Below are positions 40,276 to 51,683 of a stretch of DNA of 64,000 nucleotides, piece by piece. The stretch is from an uncultured Actinomycetes bacterium (GTDB taxonomy: Bacteria; Actinomycetota; Thermoleophilia; Gaiellales; JALYLC01), in assembly GCA_963794695.1 (NCBI GenBank), contig CAWCFJ010000007.1:44310-108309 (forward strand), read 5' to 3'. A program made the translations under genes and the position numbers. Positions within the stretch are counted from its first letter, which is position 1, and each line of letters opens with the position of its first letter. The notes beneath the pieces were generated by a model that was not told the origin of the DNA, searched no databases, and saw only the letters and a program-made list of their open reading frames with translations.

Positions 40276-40285
40276 CCTCGCGCCT

Positions 40286-41298
40286 CTACGCCGGCGCGGC
40301 GGTCCTGACCGGCGCGGCCGCGGTCGAGCCTCTCGCGACCAGCTCGGGGTCGAAGAACAGCTCCTCGGCCGCCACCTCGGCTCCCTCGATCTGGCTCGCC
40401 AGCATCGCCACCGCGGCCCGCCCGATCGCCTCGATCGGCTGCCGCACCGTCGTCAGCGGCGGGTCGGTGTAGTTCATCAACGCGGAGTCGTCGTACCCCA
40501 CCACCGAGACGTCGCCGGGCACCGACAGGCCGGCCCTGCGCACGGCCCGCATCGCACCGAGCGCCAGCGGGTCGCTCGCACAGATGATCCCGGTCGCGCC
40601 CTGGCGTATCAGCCGCGTCGCGGCGGCGTGGCCGCCCTCGAGCGAGAACATCGTCCGCTCGACGAGCTCGCCGTCATGGGCGTCGCCGTTCGCCGCCACC
40701 GCGTCCGCGAACGCCTCGAGCTTGCGCCGCGACGGCACGTGGTCCGACGGCCCGGTGATCACCCCGATCCGCTCGTGCCCGAGCGACACCAGGTGCCCGT
40801 ACGCCTGCTCCATCGCCACCGCGTCATCCGTCGACACCCGCGGGAACTGCAGGTGCTCGGCCGCCGCGTTCACCAGCACCACCGGCAGCCGCAGCTTCAG
40901 CAGCCGCAGGTAGTGGTCGTGCGGCGCGTCGGCCTCCGCGTACTGCCCACCCGCGAACACCATCCCCGACACCTGCCGGTCGAGCAGCATGTCGACGTAC
41001 TCGGCCTCCGAGATCCCGCCCGTCCTCGTGCACAGCACCGCGTTGAAGCCACGCTGGGCGAGCGCCCCGCCGACCACGTCCGCGATCGCCGGGAAGATCG
41101 GGTTCTGCAGCTCGGGGACGACCAGCCCGATCATCCGCCCGCGCCGCACCCGAAGGCGCGTCGGACGCTCGTAGCCGATGACGTCCAGCGCCGTGAGGAC
41201 GGCCGCACGCGTGGCGTCCGAGATCCCGGGCTTGTCGTTGAGGACACGACTGACCGTCGCCTCGCTCACCCCGGCCTGCTTCGCGACGTCTGCAAGGT
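40286..41298 (-). CDS. LacI family transcriptional regulator
   Basis: The GTG at 41298 begins VAGNLADVAKQAGVSEATVSRVLNDKPGISDATRAAVLTALDVIGYERP (HTH). A periplasmic-binding-protein-like effector domain follows. Confidence 0.8.
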
Positions 41299-41300
41299 TC

Positions 41301-41324
41301 CCGGCCACGCTGCAAGTGTATGGC
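41301..41324. promoter_or_regulatory. Palindrome TGCAAG-N12-CTTGCA immediately upstream of lacI, a candidate autoregulatory operator. TGCAAG half-sites also lie at 41281 and 41331
   Basis: tgcaagtgtatggcagcgcttgca lies in the 50-bp gap between lacI and the upstream ANT-like gene. Confidence 0.35.
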
Positions 41325-41349
41325 AGCGCTTGCAGGACAATGCAAGTTT

Positions 41350-42124
41350 TCAGCCGGAAGTCAGCTGGATCCGCGCCGTTATTGCGGCGGCCGCGGCGGC
41401 GGCCTGCCCCTGTCGGGCGTCCCAGTCGTCCTCGGCCTCGCCGCGGTACGCGGCGGCGGCAAGCTCCAGCACGCTCGCGCGCCTCGCCGGGCAGCTGGCC
41501 GGCGGCCCAGCTCGCCGCCTCGTCCTTCGGCCGGATCTCGCCCGTCTCGACCGTGTACCAGACGCGGGCCAGCGTGAGCAGGACGTTGCGGGTGTCGGGC
41601 TCGAGGTTCGCGAGCAGGTCGTCGACGCCCTCGGTCACGGCCTGCGCCAGGTCGGCGCCGGGGATCGGGTCGAGCAGGTCCCGCGGCGGCGGCCCGAGCA
41701 GCGGCACGCCGGCCATCAGCACGATCGCGATCAGCGTCGTCATGTCGGGACTCGGCTGGTGCCGGAACGGGGCGAGGTCGCCCGCCTCGAGGTCCCGGCG
41801 GAGCCACTCGCCGTAGAGCAGGTCGCGGTCCGCCGGGTGGCGCCACGGACGCACGTCGTCGTGCACGGCGACGCTGAGCTCGATCGGCCGTCCCGGGCGT
41901 TCGACCGAACGCACGCCCGAGGCGGCGAGGATCCGGGCCAGCAGGCGCGGGCGCTCGGCGTCGTCGAGCCGCCGCCGCGAGAGCGCCAGCAGGTCGAGGT
42001 CGCTCTCGGGCCGCAGGCCGCCGAGCACTGCCGAGCCGTACAGGTAGACGGCGAGCAGGTCGTCCCCGAGCGCCTCCCGCAGCGCGTCGACGACGTCGCC
42101 GAGCTGGCGCCGGTCGTCAGGCGA
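41350..42124 (-). CDS. Aminoglycoside nucleotidyltransferase, ANT(3'')/ANT(9) aadA-like (nucleotidyltransferase + DUF4111 domains), frameshift near 41475
   Basis: LGDDLLAVYLYGSAVLGGLRPESDLDLLAL is the nucleotidyltransferase motif. ...VLLTLARVWYTVETGEIRPKDEAASWA.... The C-terminus SVLELAAAAYRGEAEDDWDARQGQ...QLTSG* is in the alternate frame and ends at stop 41350. The start is uncertain. Confidence 0.6.
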
Positions 42125-43011
42125 GACGGATGGCGCGCTTGCCTCGCGTGTGCTGCCCGGCGAGGTCTGCGAGAGCCGCTCCGGCATCCGCGAGATCGTA
42201 GGTGCGCTGGATCGGGACCCGCAGATCGGGCAGCAACCGGGCGAGGCGCTGCAGGTTGTCGGTCGACGAGATCGCCATCACGTTCACCCGCCCCGGCCCG
42301 TCGCCGGCCGCGCCGAGCGGCGAGGAGGCGCGCCCGCCGGGCGTCAGGGCGGCGGCGTTGGCGGCGAAGTCCTCGCCGCTGGTGGCGGTGTCGATCAGCG
42401 CGTCGATCCCCGACGGGCAGCGCGCTCCCGCGGGCCACGAACTCGTCCGCGCCGAGCTCGAGCACGAACTCCTCGTCCTCCGGCGAGGCGACCGCGATGA
42501 CCGTCGCCCCGGCGCGGGCGGCGAGCTGCACCGCGAACGCGCCGACGCCGCCGTTCGCGCCGACCACGGCGACGCGCTCGCCGGCCGACGGCGCGACGCC
42601 CTCGACCAGCAGCAGCGCCGTGACGCCGGCGAGCACCGCCGCGCCGGCCGCGTCCATCCCGACGCCGTCGGGGATCGCGGCCACGAACCCGTCGGCGGAG
42701 ACGACGATGCGCTCGGCCCAGGCGCCGTCGTGGACGTCGGCCCCGACGTGCGGCACGAGGCCGAAGACCTGGTCGCCAACGGCGAACCCGCCGGCCGCGT
42801 GCTCGACGACGCCGGCGAAGTCGCGGCCGAGGGTCACCGGGAAGCGGTGCTCGGCCATGCTCTTCAGGTAGCCGGCGACGATCGCGTTGTCGACCGGGTT
42901 CGCGGAGGACGCCTGGACGCGCACCAGGAGCTCGCCGTCGCCGGGGACGGGATCGTCGAGGTCCTGCAGCGCGGGCGGGGCGTCGAACGCGGGGAGCACG
43001 AACGCCTTCAC
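42117..43011 (-). CDS. NADPH:quinone reductase / MDR-family oxidoreductase, frameshift near 42410
   Basis: The GTG at 43011 has RBS AAGGAGA. VKAFVLPAFDAPPALQDLDDPVPGDGELLVRVQASSANPVDN.... The C-terminal end IDALIDTATSGEDFAANAAALTPGG...GKRAIRLA is in the frame of ORF 42117..42779. Confidence 0.7.
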
Positions 43012-43080
43012 GGCGTCTCCTTCCGTAGCGGAACCGGTGAGCCTAGTCCGGCCTGGCGAACGGCGCCGTAGAGTCCGTGC

Positions 43081-44043
43081 GTGGCCACACGCCTCGAGCT
43101 CCGCCCGCTGGGCCGCTCCGGCCTTCGCGTCACCCGGATCGGGCTCGGCCTGGCCGCCGTCGGACGGCCCGCCTACATCAACCTCGGACACGGCAGCGAC
43201 GTGCGCGGCGCCACCGAGCACGCCGCGCTCGAGCGCCGGGCCCACGAGGTGCTCGATGCCGCCTACGAGGCCGGCGTCCGGTACGTCGACGCGGCCCGCT
43301 CGTACGGCGACGCCGAGGCGTTCCTGGCCGGCTGGCTCGCCGCGCGGGGACTCGAGCCGGGCGCGCTCTCGGTCGGCTCGAAGTGGGGCTACACCTACGT
43401 CGGCGGCTGGCGGATCGACGCCGAGCAGCACGAGGTCAAGGAGCTGTCCGCGACCACGCTCCGCCGCCAGCTCGCCGAGACCCGCGAGCTGCTGGGCCCG
43501 TACCTCGGCCTGTACCAGATCCACTCGGCGACGCTCGAGAGCGGCGTGCTCGACGACCATGAGGTGCTCGACGAGCTGCGGCGACTGCGCGAGAGCGGCG
43601 TCGCCGTCGGGCTCACGGTGACCGGCGCGCGCCAGGCCGACACGATCGAGCGGGCGCTCGAGGTCGGGCTGTTCGACACCGTCCAGGCCACGTTCAACGT
43701 GCTCGAGCGCTCCGCCGGACCGGCCCTGCAGGCGGCCCACGCCGCCGGGCTCGGGGTGATCGTCAAGGAGGCCCTGGCCAACGGCCGGCTGACCGAGCGC
43801 GGTGGGATCGAGCCCTTCCTGGCCGCCGCCCGCACCGACGGCGTCGCGCCGGACGCCCTGGCGCTGGCGTTCGTGCTGGCCCAGCCGTTCGTCGACGTCG
43901 CCCTGAGCGGGGCGGCGACCGCCGTCCAGCTCCGAAGCAACCTGCAGGCCCTCGACGTCGAGCCCGATCTCGCCGCCCTCGAAGGCCTGGCCGAGGACCC
44001 CGCCCGCTACTGGGAGGAGCGCTCGGCGCTCGCCTGGGGCTGA
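43081..44043 (+). CDS. Aldo/keto reductase
   Basis: Intact 320-aa ORF. ...[26 protein letters not shown].... Confidence 0.8.
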   Translation: MATRLELRPLGRSGLRVTRIGLGLAAVGRPAYINLGHGSDVRGATEHAALERRAHEVLDAAYEAGVRYVDAARSYGDAEAFLAGWLAARGLEPGALSVGSKWGYTYVGGWRIDAEQHEVKELSATTLRRQLAETRELLGPYLGLYQIHSATLESGVLDDHEVLDELRRLRESGVAVGLTVTGARQADTIERALEVGLFDTVQATFNVLERSAGPALQAAHAAGLGVIVKEALANGRLTERGGIEPFLAAARTDGVAPDALALAFVLAQPFVDVALSGAATAVQLRSNLQALDVEPDLAALEGLAEDPARYWEERSALAWG

Positions 44044-44116
44044 ACGCGCGAGAGGCGTCCCGGTCGGACAGCGACCGGAACGCCTCCTCGAACCCGTGCA
44101 GCGGAGCTGTGTTGGA

Positions 44117-44719
44117 CTAGGCGGCCTTCAGGACGACGTTGTCGACGGCCGGGCCGGCGCTGCCGACGGTGCCGCTGCGCAGGCACAGCTGGTAGTTGTC
44201 GGTGACCGGGGCGAGGACGCTGACCTTGACCTTCTTCCAGCCCGGGGAGGCCTGGGTGTGGCCGGTCGTGTCGAAGGTGTAGAGGCCCGAGAGGTCGGTG
44301 GTCGTGTTGTGGGCCAGGGTGATCGCGAGCCGCTTGATGGCCGGGCCGTAGCCCCCGCCCGAGAACGGGTTGCCGGCGAGGCTCAGCGACAGCTTGTAGG
44401 TGTGGCCGCCGCTCAGGACGACGGTCTGGCAGACGGCGCCGTAGGTCGTGCCGCTGAGGTCGACGGACTGCTTGCCCTTGGCCGCCTTCAGGTACACGCC
44501 GTTGATGACGTCGACGTTGCCGGTGCTGCCGACCTGCCACGCGCCGATCCAGGACAACGCGGGGAAGACGTGGAAGCTGTTGGTCGGCAGGAGCGGCGCC
44601 TCGAACGAGGGGTTGGCGATGATGTTCGGAGCCGCCTCGGCCGACGTGACGGCGGTGGCGCAGGCGCCGAGCGCGAGGGCTGTGGCGGCGGCGAGGCGGA
44701 TGCTGCGGGACCGGGACAT
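44117..44719 (-). CDS. Secreted choice-of-anchor C / DUF642-like protein
   Basis: Signal peptide MSRSRSIRLAAATALALGACATA, then NIIANPSFEAPLLP...GKQSVDLSG.... Confidence 0.55.
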   Translation of the reverse strand: MSRSRSIRLAAATALALGACATAVTSAEAAPNIIANPSFEAPLLPTNSFHVFPALSWIGAWQVGSTGNVDVINGVYLKAAKGKQSVDLSGTTYGAVCQTVVLSGGHTYKLSLSLAGNPFSGGGYGPAIKRLAITLAHNTTTDLSGLYTFDTTGHTQASPGWKKVKVSVLAPVTDNYQLCLRSGTVGSAGPAVDNVVLKAA

Positions 44720-45075
44720 GCTGAACTCCTTGCTCGCGGTGAGCGCCCCTCTGTCGGTGACGCCCGTCCGGCTGGTCGACCGGACGAGTGAGATCCTCGG
44801 AGGGGGCGCTGAAGAACCGCTGAAAGAGCGCTGAAGCTCATCGATACAGACGATACGACGCGTCGTATCGTCCATGGTGCCCGGCGGCCTGCAGACGCAG
44901 GCCCATCCGACGACGGTGGGCAGCGGCCTGGTCCGTGACCGTTACCTTTTCGCGCGGCCGCCGACAAGGAGTGCGAGGGCCGCGATCCGCCGCGGCCGCA
45001 GACTCACAGGGAGGGCCCGTGACGCTACGCGCACCCGATCGCTCGGCCGTTCTTCGAAACAGGGCATCCACGTCT

Positions 45076-45353
45076 TCAGTCGTCGTCGCGCAGGCGCGCC
45101 AGCTCGACCACCCGGAACCCGTTCGGCGTCGGCTTCAGAGCGAGCTCCGCGTTGACGAACCAACCCTGCGCAGTGTCCCAGACGTGCCCGTCGGCGTGCC
45201 ACGCGAGGACCTGCTCTCGCGGGACGACGTCGTCGTGCCGCAAGACGATGTCGCCTAGCCGGAAGCTCCCGTCGTGGGTCACATGGTGCTTATCGTCGCG
45301 AGGCGCCAGAGGTAACGACGTTTGCCATCGAGGCAACGGACGAACCGCCTCCA
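45076..45353 (-). CDS. Hypothetical protein (92 aa), divergent from the ECF sigma factor gene
   Basis: MEAVRPLPRWQTSLPLAPRDDKHHVTHDGSFRLGDIVLRHDDVVPREQVLAWHADGHVWDTAQGWF.... Non-biased composition but no recognisable family. Confidence 0.3.
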
Positions 45354-45395
45354 TTTCCTGTACCTTGGCGCCATGCCGCCACAGGCGGGAAGCGG

Positions 45396-45923
45396 ATGAC
45401 GGCACTGCGCGAGCGTGCGCGTCCGAAGGGCCAGGATGGCGTCGATGCTGCATACCGGCGCCATTCCGGCAGCGTGCGCGCGTTTCTCCTCCGCCAGACC
45501 GGCGACCGGGAGCGCGCCGAGGACCTGACACAGGAGGTCTTCCTGCGCGCCGCGTCGGCCCTCGAGGGCCTGGATCCTGGCAGCCCCACGCTGGCCCTGC
45601 TGTACACGGTCGCCCGCCGGCGGTTCATCGACGATCTGCGTGCGCGGGGCCGCTATCCGACGGAGTCGCTGGAGCCGAGCCTCCATCCGGCCGGCCCGGC
45701 GCCGGAGTACAGCGGGATGCAGCGCGAGGCGATTGCCGCTGGCATCGCCGCCCTGCCGTACGACCAGCGCCAGGTCGTGGTGTTGAAGCTGCTGCAGGGC
45801 CACTCGTTCCGCGACGTCGCCAGCATGGTCGACTCGACCGAGGACGCCGTGAAGATGCGGTTCTCGCGGGCGCTGGGGACGCTGCGGGAGTTCCTCCGCG
45901 AGGCCGGGGTGGTGGAGCCGTGA
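45396..45923 (+). CDS. ECF-type RNA polymerase sigma-70 family factor
   Basis: Region 2 ...AEDLTQEVFLRAASAL.... Region 4 ...QRQVVVLKLLQGHSFRDVASMVDSTEDAVKMRFSRAL.... Confidence 0.8.
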   Translation: MTALRERARPKGQDGVDAAYRRHSGSVRAFLLRQTGDRERAEDLTQEVFLRAASALEGLDPGSPTLALLYTVARRRFIDDLRARGRYPTESLEPSLHPAGPAPEYSGMQREAIAAGIAALPYDQRQVVVLKLLQGHSFRDVASMVDSTEDAVKMRFSRALGTLREFLREAGVVEP

Positions 45924-47119
45924 TCGACGATCCCGAGATCCTCGAGCTGCTGCGGAACGACCCCGAGCTCCTGGCGATCGCCGACGCGATCCAGCAGACC
46001 CAGAAGACCGAACAGACCCAGCAGCCGCTGTCGGCCCGGCGCCGTCCCTTCGGCCGGTCGCGCGCGGGGCTCGGGCTGGCGGCCTGCCTGGCCATCGTCG
46101 CGGCGGCGGGCGCGTTCGTGCTGCGGCCGGCGGCCACCGCCGGGATCCCGGGCGACAAGTACGTCCACGTCGTCCTGCAGCGGAACGACCCGTCGTCGTG
46201 GCTCGTCTCGCTGGCCGACGGCAGCGAACGGCAGTCGGTCTATCGGGATGACCTGTGGATCCGCGCCGACGGCGGCCTCGCCCTCGGCGAGCACTCGTTG
46301 AACGGCCACCTGCTCGACACGACGAAGGACACCGCCAGCGCGAGCACCTCGAGCCGCGGGCCGACGAAGCTCAGCCCCGACCTTCGCACCGGTGAGGGCG
46401 TCGAGCCGCTCGTCGGCATCTACGACGGCGTTCAGGCCGCGCTGAGGAATGGCGGCCGGCTCGTCCGCGGGCCCACGACGATCTTCGGGCATCGCGTGCG
46501 CTGGATCGGGTTCGATCGCGCCGTCGGCTCGCCACGGATGATCGCGGTCGACGCCGACACGGGTGACGCGGTCGCGCTGCGGGAGGGCGGTGACGGGTCT
46601 CTCGCGCGCATCGTCGGCTACACCCTGTCCGACCGGCCGACGCTGCCGAAGCCGCTCGGGAAGCCTGTCGGGGGTCACAGCCTGAGCGTCGCCAGGGTGT
46701 CCGCCTCCGGCGCGGCCGCCGCGCTGCCGGGCGTGCTCTCGGCCGGCCAGTCCGTCGCCGGCCTGTCGCTGAAGCGCATCGTGCTCCAGCGCCTGACCCA
46801 GGACGACCTGAAAGGCTCCCGGCGGGGCATCACGCTCCGCTACGGCCAGGGCGTCGTCCTCCCGGAGCTGTTCTCCCCGTACCTGTACATCTCGCAGGCC
46901 CGGAAGCCCGAGATCGGATACGAGTTCCCCGGGATCGGCGGGATCGGTGCGCTACCCCCTCCCGGGTTCATCGAGGTGAGGGCATCGTCGGCGCCGGAGG
47001 TGCGCCCGAGGCAGCTGTCGGCGTTCGTCCACGTCCAGGGCATGTACCTGTGGATCCAGACGAACCTGCCCGACCACGAGCTGGCAGCCATCGTGCGACA
47101 CCTCCGGCCCCTCCGCTAG
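45920..47119 (+). CDS. Putative membrane-anchored anti-sigma factor
   Basis: The GTG overlaps the sigma-gene stop (GTGA). A short cytoplasmic N-terminus, one transmembrane helix (GLGLAACLAIVAAAGAFVL) and a large extracytoplasmic domain. Confidence 0.5.
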   Translation: MIDDPEILELLRNDPELLAIADAIQQTQKTEQTQQPLSARRRPFGRSRAGLGLAACLAIVAAAGAFVLRPAATAGIPGDKYVHVVLQRNDPSSWLVSLADGSERQSVYRDDLWIRADGGLALGEHSLNGHLLDTTKDTASASTSSRGPTKLSPDLRTGEGVEPLVGIYDGVQAALRNGGRLVRGPTTIFGHRVRWIGFDRAVGSPRMIAVDADTGDAVALREGGDGSLARIVGYTLSDRPTLPKPLGKPVGGHSLSVARVSASGAAAALPGVLSAGQSVAGLSLKRIVLQRLTQDDLKGSRRGITLRYGQGVVLPELFSPYLYISQARKPEIGYEFPGIGGIGALPPPGFIEVRASSAPEVRPRQLSAFVHVQGMYLWIQTNLPDHELAAIVRHLRPLR

Positions 47120-47125
47120 GTCACG

Positions 47126-47500
47126 CTAGGACGAGCAGACGAGGTCCCAGTGCGCCGCGACGGTGCCCTGGTTCTGCACCTTCCAGTAGTGCACCCCGCC
47201 GGCGACGACGGTGCTGCTGCCGGAGCCGTTGTTCACCTGGCCGTCCGCCAGGAGCACGTTCGAGGAGTTGAAGACGTACCAGTGGTACGCCTGGCCGCTG
47301 CTCGAGCCGCCCCACGACCAGCTCGTGGACGACCGGCTCGACGACTGGGCGTACACGGTCGGTCCGATGTTCCCGGACGTCGGCACGCTGGTGCACGTGG
47401 ACGCGGCGCGGTTCGGGGTGGCCAGGGACGACGCCCCGCCGGCCGCGAGCATGCAGCCGACGGCGGCGCAGACGAGCGTCTGCCGCTTCGTGAACGACAT
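47126..47500 (-). CDS. Small secreted Ser/Gly-rich hypothetical protein
   Basis: Signal peptide MSFTKRQTLVCAAVGCMLAAGGASS. Ser-rich composition that differs from GC-driven junk. Confidence 0.4.
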   Translation of the reverse strand: MSFTKRQTLVCAAVGCMLAAGGASSLATPNRAASTCTSVPTSGNIGPTVYAQSSSRSSTSWSWGGSSSGQAYHWYVFNSSNVLLADGQVNNGSGSSTVVAGGVHYWKVQNQGTVAAHWDLVCSS

Positions 47501-47627
47501 CTGTGTTACCCCCAAGGCAACTGGTGGCTTTACCGGCTGCCGCGGTCAGCCGCCTGTACCGGTTAAGTCGTCAGGCGCCGTTGGAGGTAACTGGAGAATT
47601 CCGCGGGCCTGCGCCCGCCGAGCGGTG

Positions 47628-48638
47628 CTAGACCAGGGTCCGGAACCAGCGCAGCGAGAACGCGAAGCCGAGCAGCGCGAGGGCGCCGCCGCCGGCGATG
47701 AACAGCCGGCTCAGGTCCTGGTTCTGCTTCTGCGTGCCGACGGTCTTGCCGATCTGGCCGTAGACCGACTTCAGCCTGCTCGCGTTCTGGGCGGTGTAGG
47801 TCTTGCCGCCGGCGGCCTTGGCGATCTTCGCCAGGGCGGCCGGATCCGGCGGCACGGCGATCGTCTTGCCCGTTCCCGGGTCGACGACGCTGCCCGCCGG
47901 CGTTCCGAGCGAGATGGTGTAGATCGGGATCTTGCGGGCCTTCGCCATGCGGGCGGCCGCGAGCGGCGAGACCTTGCCCTCGGTGCTCGTGCCGTCGGTG
48001 AGCACCACGATCGCCGCCGGCGCGCGGGTCGACTTCGTCGCGGTGCCGGTCTGCTTCGGCACCAGCGACAGGCCGCGCACCAGGCCGTCGCCGAGAGCGG
48101 TGCCGCCGCCGACCTGCAGCGAGCGGAGCGAGCCCTCGATCACGGTGCGGTCGTCGGTGGGGGCGTTCAGCGCGTGGGCCACGCGGGTGAAGGCCACGAT
48201 GCCGACGCGGCCGTCGTCGGGCAGCGCCGACACCAGCGTGCGGGCGGCGGCCTTGGCCGCCTCGAGCCGGGTCGGCTTGACGTCGGTCGCCGACATCGAG
48301 CGGGAGGTGTCGATGACCAGGATCACCGTCGCCTGGTGGCGCGGCACGGTCGTCTCGCGCTGCGGCTTCGCGGCGCCGCCGACCAGCGCGGCCAGCGCGA
48401 GCAGCATGATCACCGGCGCGACGTGGCGGCGCCAGCTGGCCCGCCGGGGGATCAGGTTCGGCAGCAGCGCCGGGTTCGCGAAGCGTGCGATCGTCCGCCC
48501 CTGACGCCGCTCGTGGATCGCGTAGAGCACCAGCGCGACGGGCAGGGCGAACAGGATCAGGAGCACCAGCGGGGCGGCGAACTCCACCTGCCTCACGTAG
48601 TGCATGGCGCTGTGGTACCAGCTCTCGACGGTGTTCAC
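47628..48638 (-). CDS. VWA domain-containing protein (BatB-like)
   Basis: N-terminal transmembrane helix. VWA block ...VILVIDTSRSMSATDVKPTRLEAAK...TALGDGL.... C-terminal transmembrane helix. Confidence 0.8.
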   Translation of the reverse strand: MNTVESWYHSAMHYVRQVEFAAPLVLLILFALPVALVLYAIHERRQGRTIARFANPALLPNLIPRRASWRRHVAPVIMLLALAALVGGAAKPQRETTVPRHQATVILVIDTSRSMSATDVKPTRLEAAKAAARTLVSALPDDGRVGIVAFTRVAHALNAPTDDRTVIEGSLRSLQVGGGTALGDGLVRGLSLVPKQTGTATKSTRAPAAIVVLTDGTSTEGKVSPLAAARMAKARKIPIYTISLGTPAGSVVDPGTGKTIAVPPDPAALAKIAKAAGGKTYTAQNASRLKSVYGQIGKTVGTQKQNQDLSRLFIAGGGALALLGFAFSLRWFRTLV

Positions 48639-49618
48639 GTCAGGGCGCTCCGGGAGGCGACGGTCAGGATCCCGGCCAGCGCGAGCAGCGCGGCGCCGGC
48701 GGCGGCGAAGTCGTACGAGACGTCCTGGTGCTGGCGCTGCGAGCCGACCCGGGTGCCGATCTTGTCGTACACCTTGCTCAGGGCGTTCTCGTCGGCCGCG
48801 GCGAAGAACTCGCCGCCCGTCTCGCGGGCGACCGCCTGCAGCGTCGACGGATCCGGCGGCACCGGCGTGGAGTTGCCGAGCCCGCCGAGGTCGACCGTGC
48901 CGTACGGCGTGCCGAAGGAGATCGTGTAGATGCGGACGCCGAGCGCCTTCGCCCGGGCTGCGGCCTCCATCGGGTCGGTGCCGTCGGTGTTGGCGCCGTC
49001 CGACAGCAGCAGGATCACGCGGCCGCTCGGGTTGACCGTGCCGCCCGTGGTGCGGGCCGCCGCGGCGCCCTGGCCGGTGACCTGCAACGCGAGGTTGATG
49101 CCGTCGCCGATCGCCGTCCCGCCGTCGGCGTTCAGGTTCGCGAGCGCGCTCTTCACCGGCGCGCGGTCACGGGTCGGGGCGACGGCCACCGAGGCGGTCG
49201 AGTTGAACGGCACCAGGCCGACCTCGAACTGCGAGGGCAGACGGTTCACGAAGTCGGTGGCGGCCTTCGTGGCCGCGGCGATGCGCGACGGCGGCACGTC
49301 GGCGGCGACCATCGAGCCCGAGGTGTCCATCACGAGCATCACCGAGGCGCGCTTCTTGGCCACGGTCTTGTCCACCTGCGGGCGGGCCAGGCCGAGGATC
49401 AGCGCGCCGAGGGCGGCGAGCAGCACGCCCCAGCGCAGGAAGCGCCGCCACGACGTCACCGGCGTGGCCACGGAGCGCAGGAGCTCGACGTTCGAGAAGG
49501 CGACCGCGTAGCGGGCCCGGCGCTTGCGCGACCACAGCTCGAGCAGGACGAGCAGCGGCAGGAGCACGAGCGCCAGCAGCACCAGCGGCTCGGCGAAGCT
49601 GATTCCGTGGAAGGTCAC
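48635..49618 (-). CDS. VWA domain-containing protein (BatA-like)
   Basis: ...VMLVMDTSGSMVAADVPPSRIAAATKA...TAIGDGINLAL.... Confidence 0.8.
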   Translation of the reverse strand: MTFHGISFAEPLVLLALVLLPLLVLLELWSRKRRARYAVAFSNVELLRSVATPVTSWRRFLRWGVLLAALGALILGLARPQVDKTVAKKRASVMLVMDTSGSMVAADVPPSRIAAATKAATDFVNRLPSQFEVGLVPFNSTASVAVAPTRDRAPVKSALANLNADGGTAIGDGINLALQVTGQGAAAARTTGGTVNPSGRVILLLSDGANTDGTDPMEAAARAKALGVRIYTISFGTPYGTVDLGGLGNSTPVPPDPSTLQAVARETGGEFFAAADENALSKVYDKIGTRVGSQRQHQDVSYDFAAAGAALLALAGILTVASRSALT

Positions 49619-50550
49619 CGGCCACGCCTCCGGCGGGCCATCGCCGCCAGCAGCGGCTTCAGCCACTCGCCCTCGGTGGGCAGGACCAGGTGCTCGGCGC
49701 CGGCGCGGCGCACGGCCGCGGCCTGCCGGGCCCGGTCGTCGGCGGCGGCCTGCGCGAAGCGCTCGCGCAGACGCTTGCTGCGGGTGTCGACGCGCAGCTG
49801 CTTGCCGGTCTCGGGGTCGACCAGGGCGAGCTCGCCGACGTTCGGCAGCTCGTCCTCGCGCGGGTCGCGCATCTCGATCACCAGGACGTCGTGGCGCGCC
49901 GCGAGGCGAGCCAGCGGCATCGCCCAGTCGGTCGGGCCGCGCAGGTCGGTCAGGATCGAGAGGTGCGACGTCTGGCGCGCGTACTTGAAGGTGCGCTCGA
50001 GCGCGTCGCCCAGGGAGGTCGCGCCGTTCTCGCCGGGGTCGGCCTCCTGGCGCAGCGTCAGCAGCGTGCCGACCAGACCGGCGCGCCCCTGCCGGGGCCG
50101 GACCATCGCCGGCGAGGCGCCGCCGAAGGTCACCAGGCCGAGCCGGTTGCCGCGGCGGCTGGCGACGTTGCCGAGCGCCAGCACCACGCCCTCGGCGACG
50201 TCCGCCTTGCGCCGGTCGGCCGAGCCGAAGTGCATGGAGGCGGAGGTGTCGAGCACGAGCCACGCGGTGAGGGCCCGCTCGGCGACGTCGACCCGGACGT
50301 GCGTCTCGCCCGTGCGGGCGGTGGCGTTCCAGTCGATCCGGCGGACGTCGTCGTCACCGGGCACGTACGCCCGGAGCTGGGCCAGCTCGGTGGCCTCGCC
50401 GAGCTGCGCCGAGCGGAACTCGCCTGCCAGCAGCGCGGTGATCCGGCGGCGCACGGCCAGGTCGAGGGCCCGCAGCGCCCCTTCGGGCAGCGGGCCGGGA
50501 CCCGGCCGGGCGGCGGTGCGGACGGGCGTGAGGGCGGCGAGACCGGACAC
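49615..50550 (-). CDS. DUF58 domain-containing protein
   Basis: ...VRRIDWNATARTGETHVRVDVAERALTAWLVLDTSASMHFG.... Confidence 0.75.
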   Translation of the reverse strand: MSGLAALTPVRTAARPGPGPLPEGALRALDLAVRRRITALLAGEFRSAQLGEATELAQLRAYVPGDDDVRRIDWNATARTGETHVRVDVAERALTAWLVLDTSASMHFGSADRRKADVAEGVVLALGNVASRRGNRLGLVTFGGASPAMVRPRQGRAGLVGTLLTLRQEADPGENGATSLGDALERTFKYARQTSHLSILTDLRGPTDWAMPLARLAARHDVLVIEMRDPREDELPNVGELALVDPETGKQLRVDTRSKRLRERFAQAAADDRARQAAAVRRAGAEHLVLPTEGEWLKPLLAAMARRRRGR

Positions 50551-50553
50551 GGG

Positions 50554-51594
<1,041 letters not shown>

Positions 51595-51683
51595 CGGTTC
51601 CTGCAGGGTGCGGGCCCTACATAAGAAGACGATCAACGTCGCCGGGAGTTCCCGCGAACTCCAAGTTAAACTCTGATCCCGTT

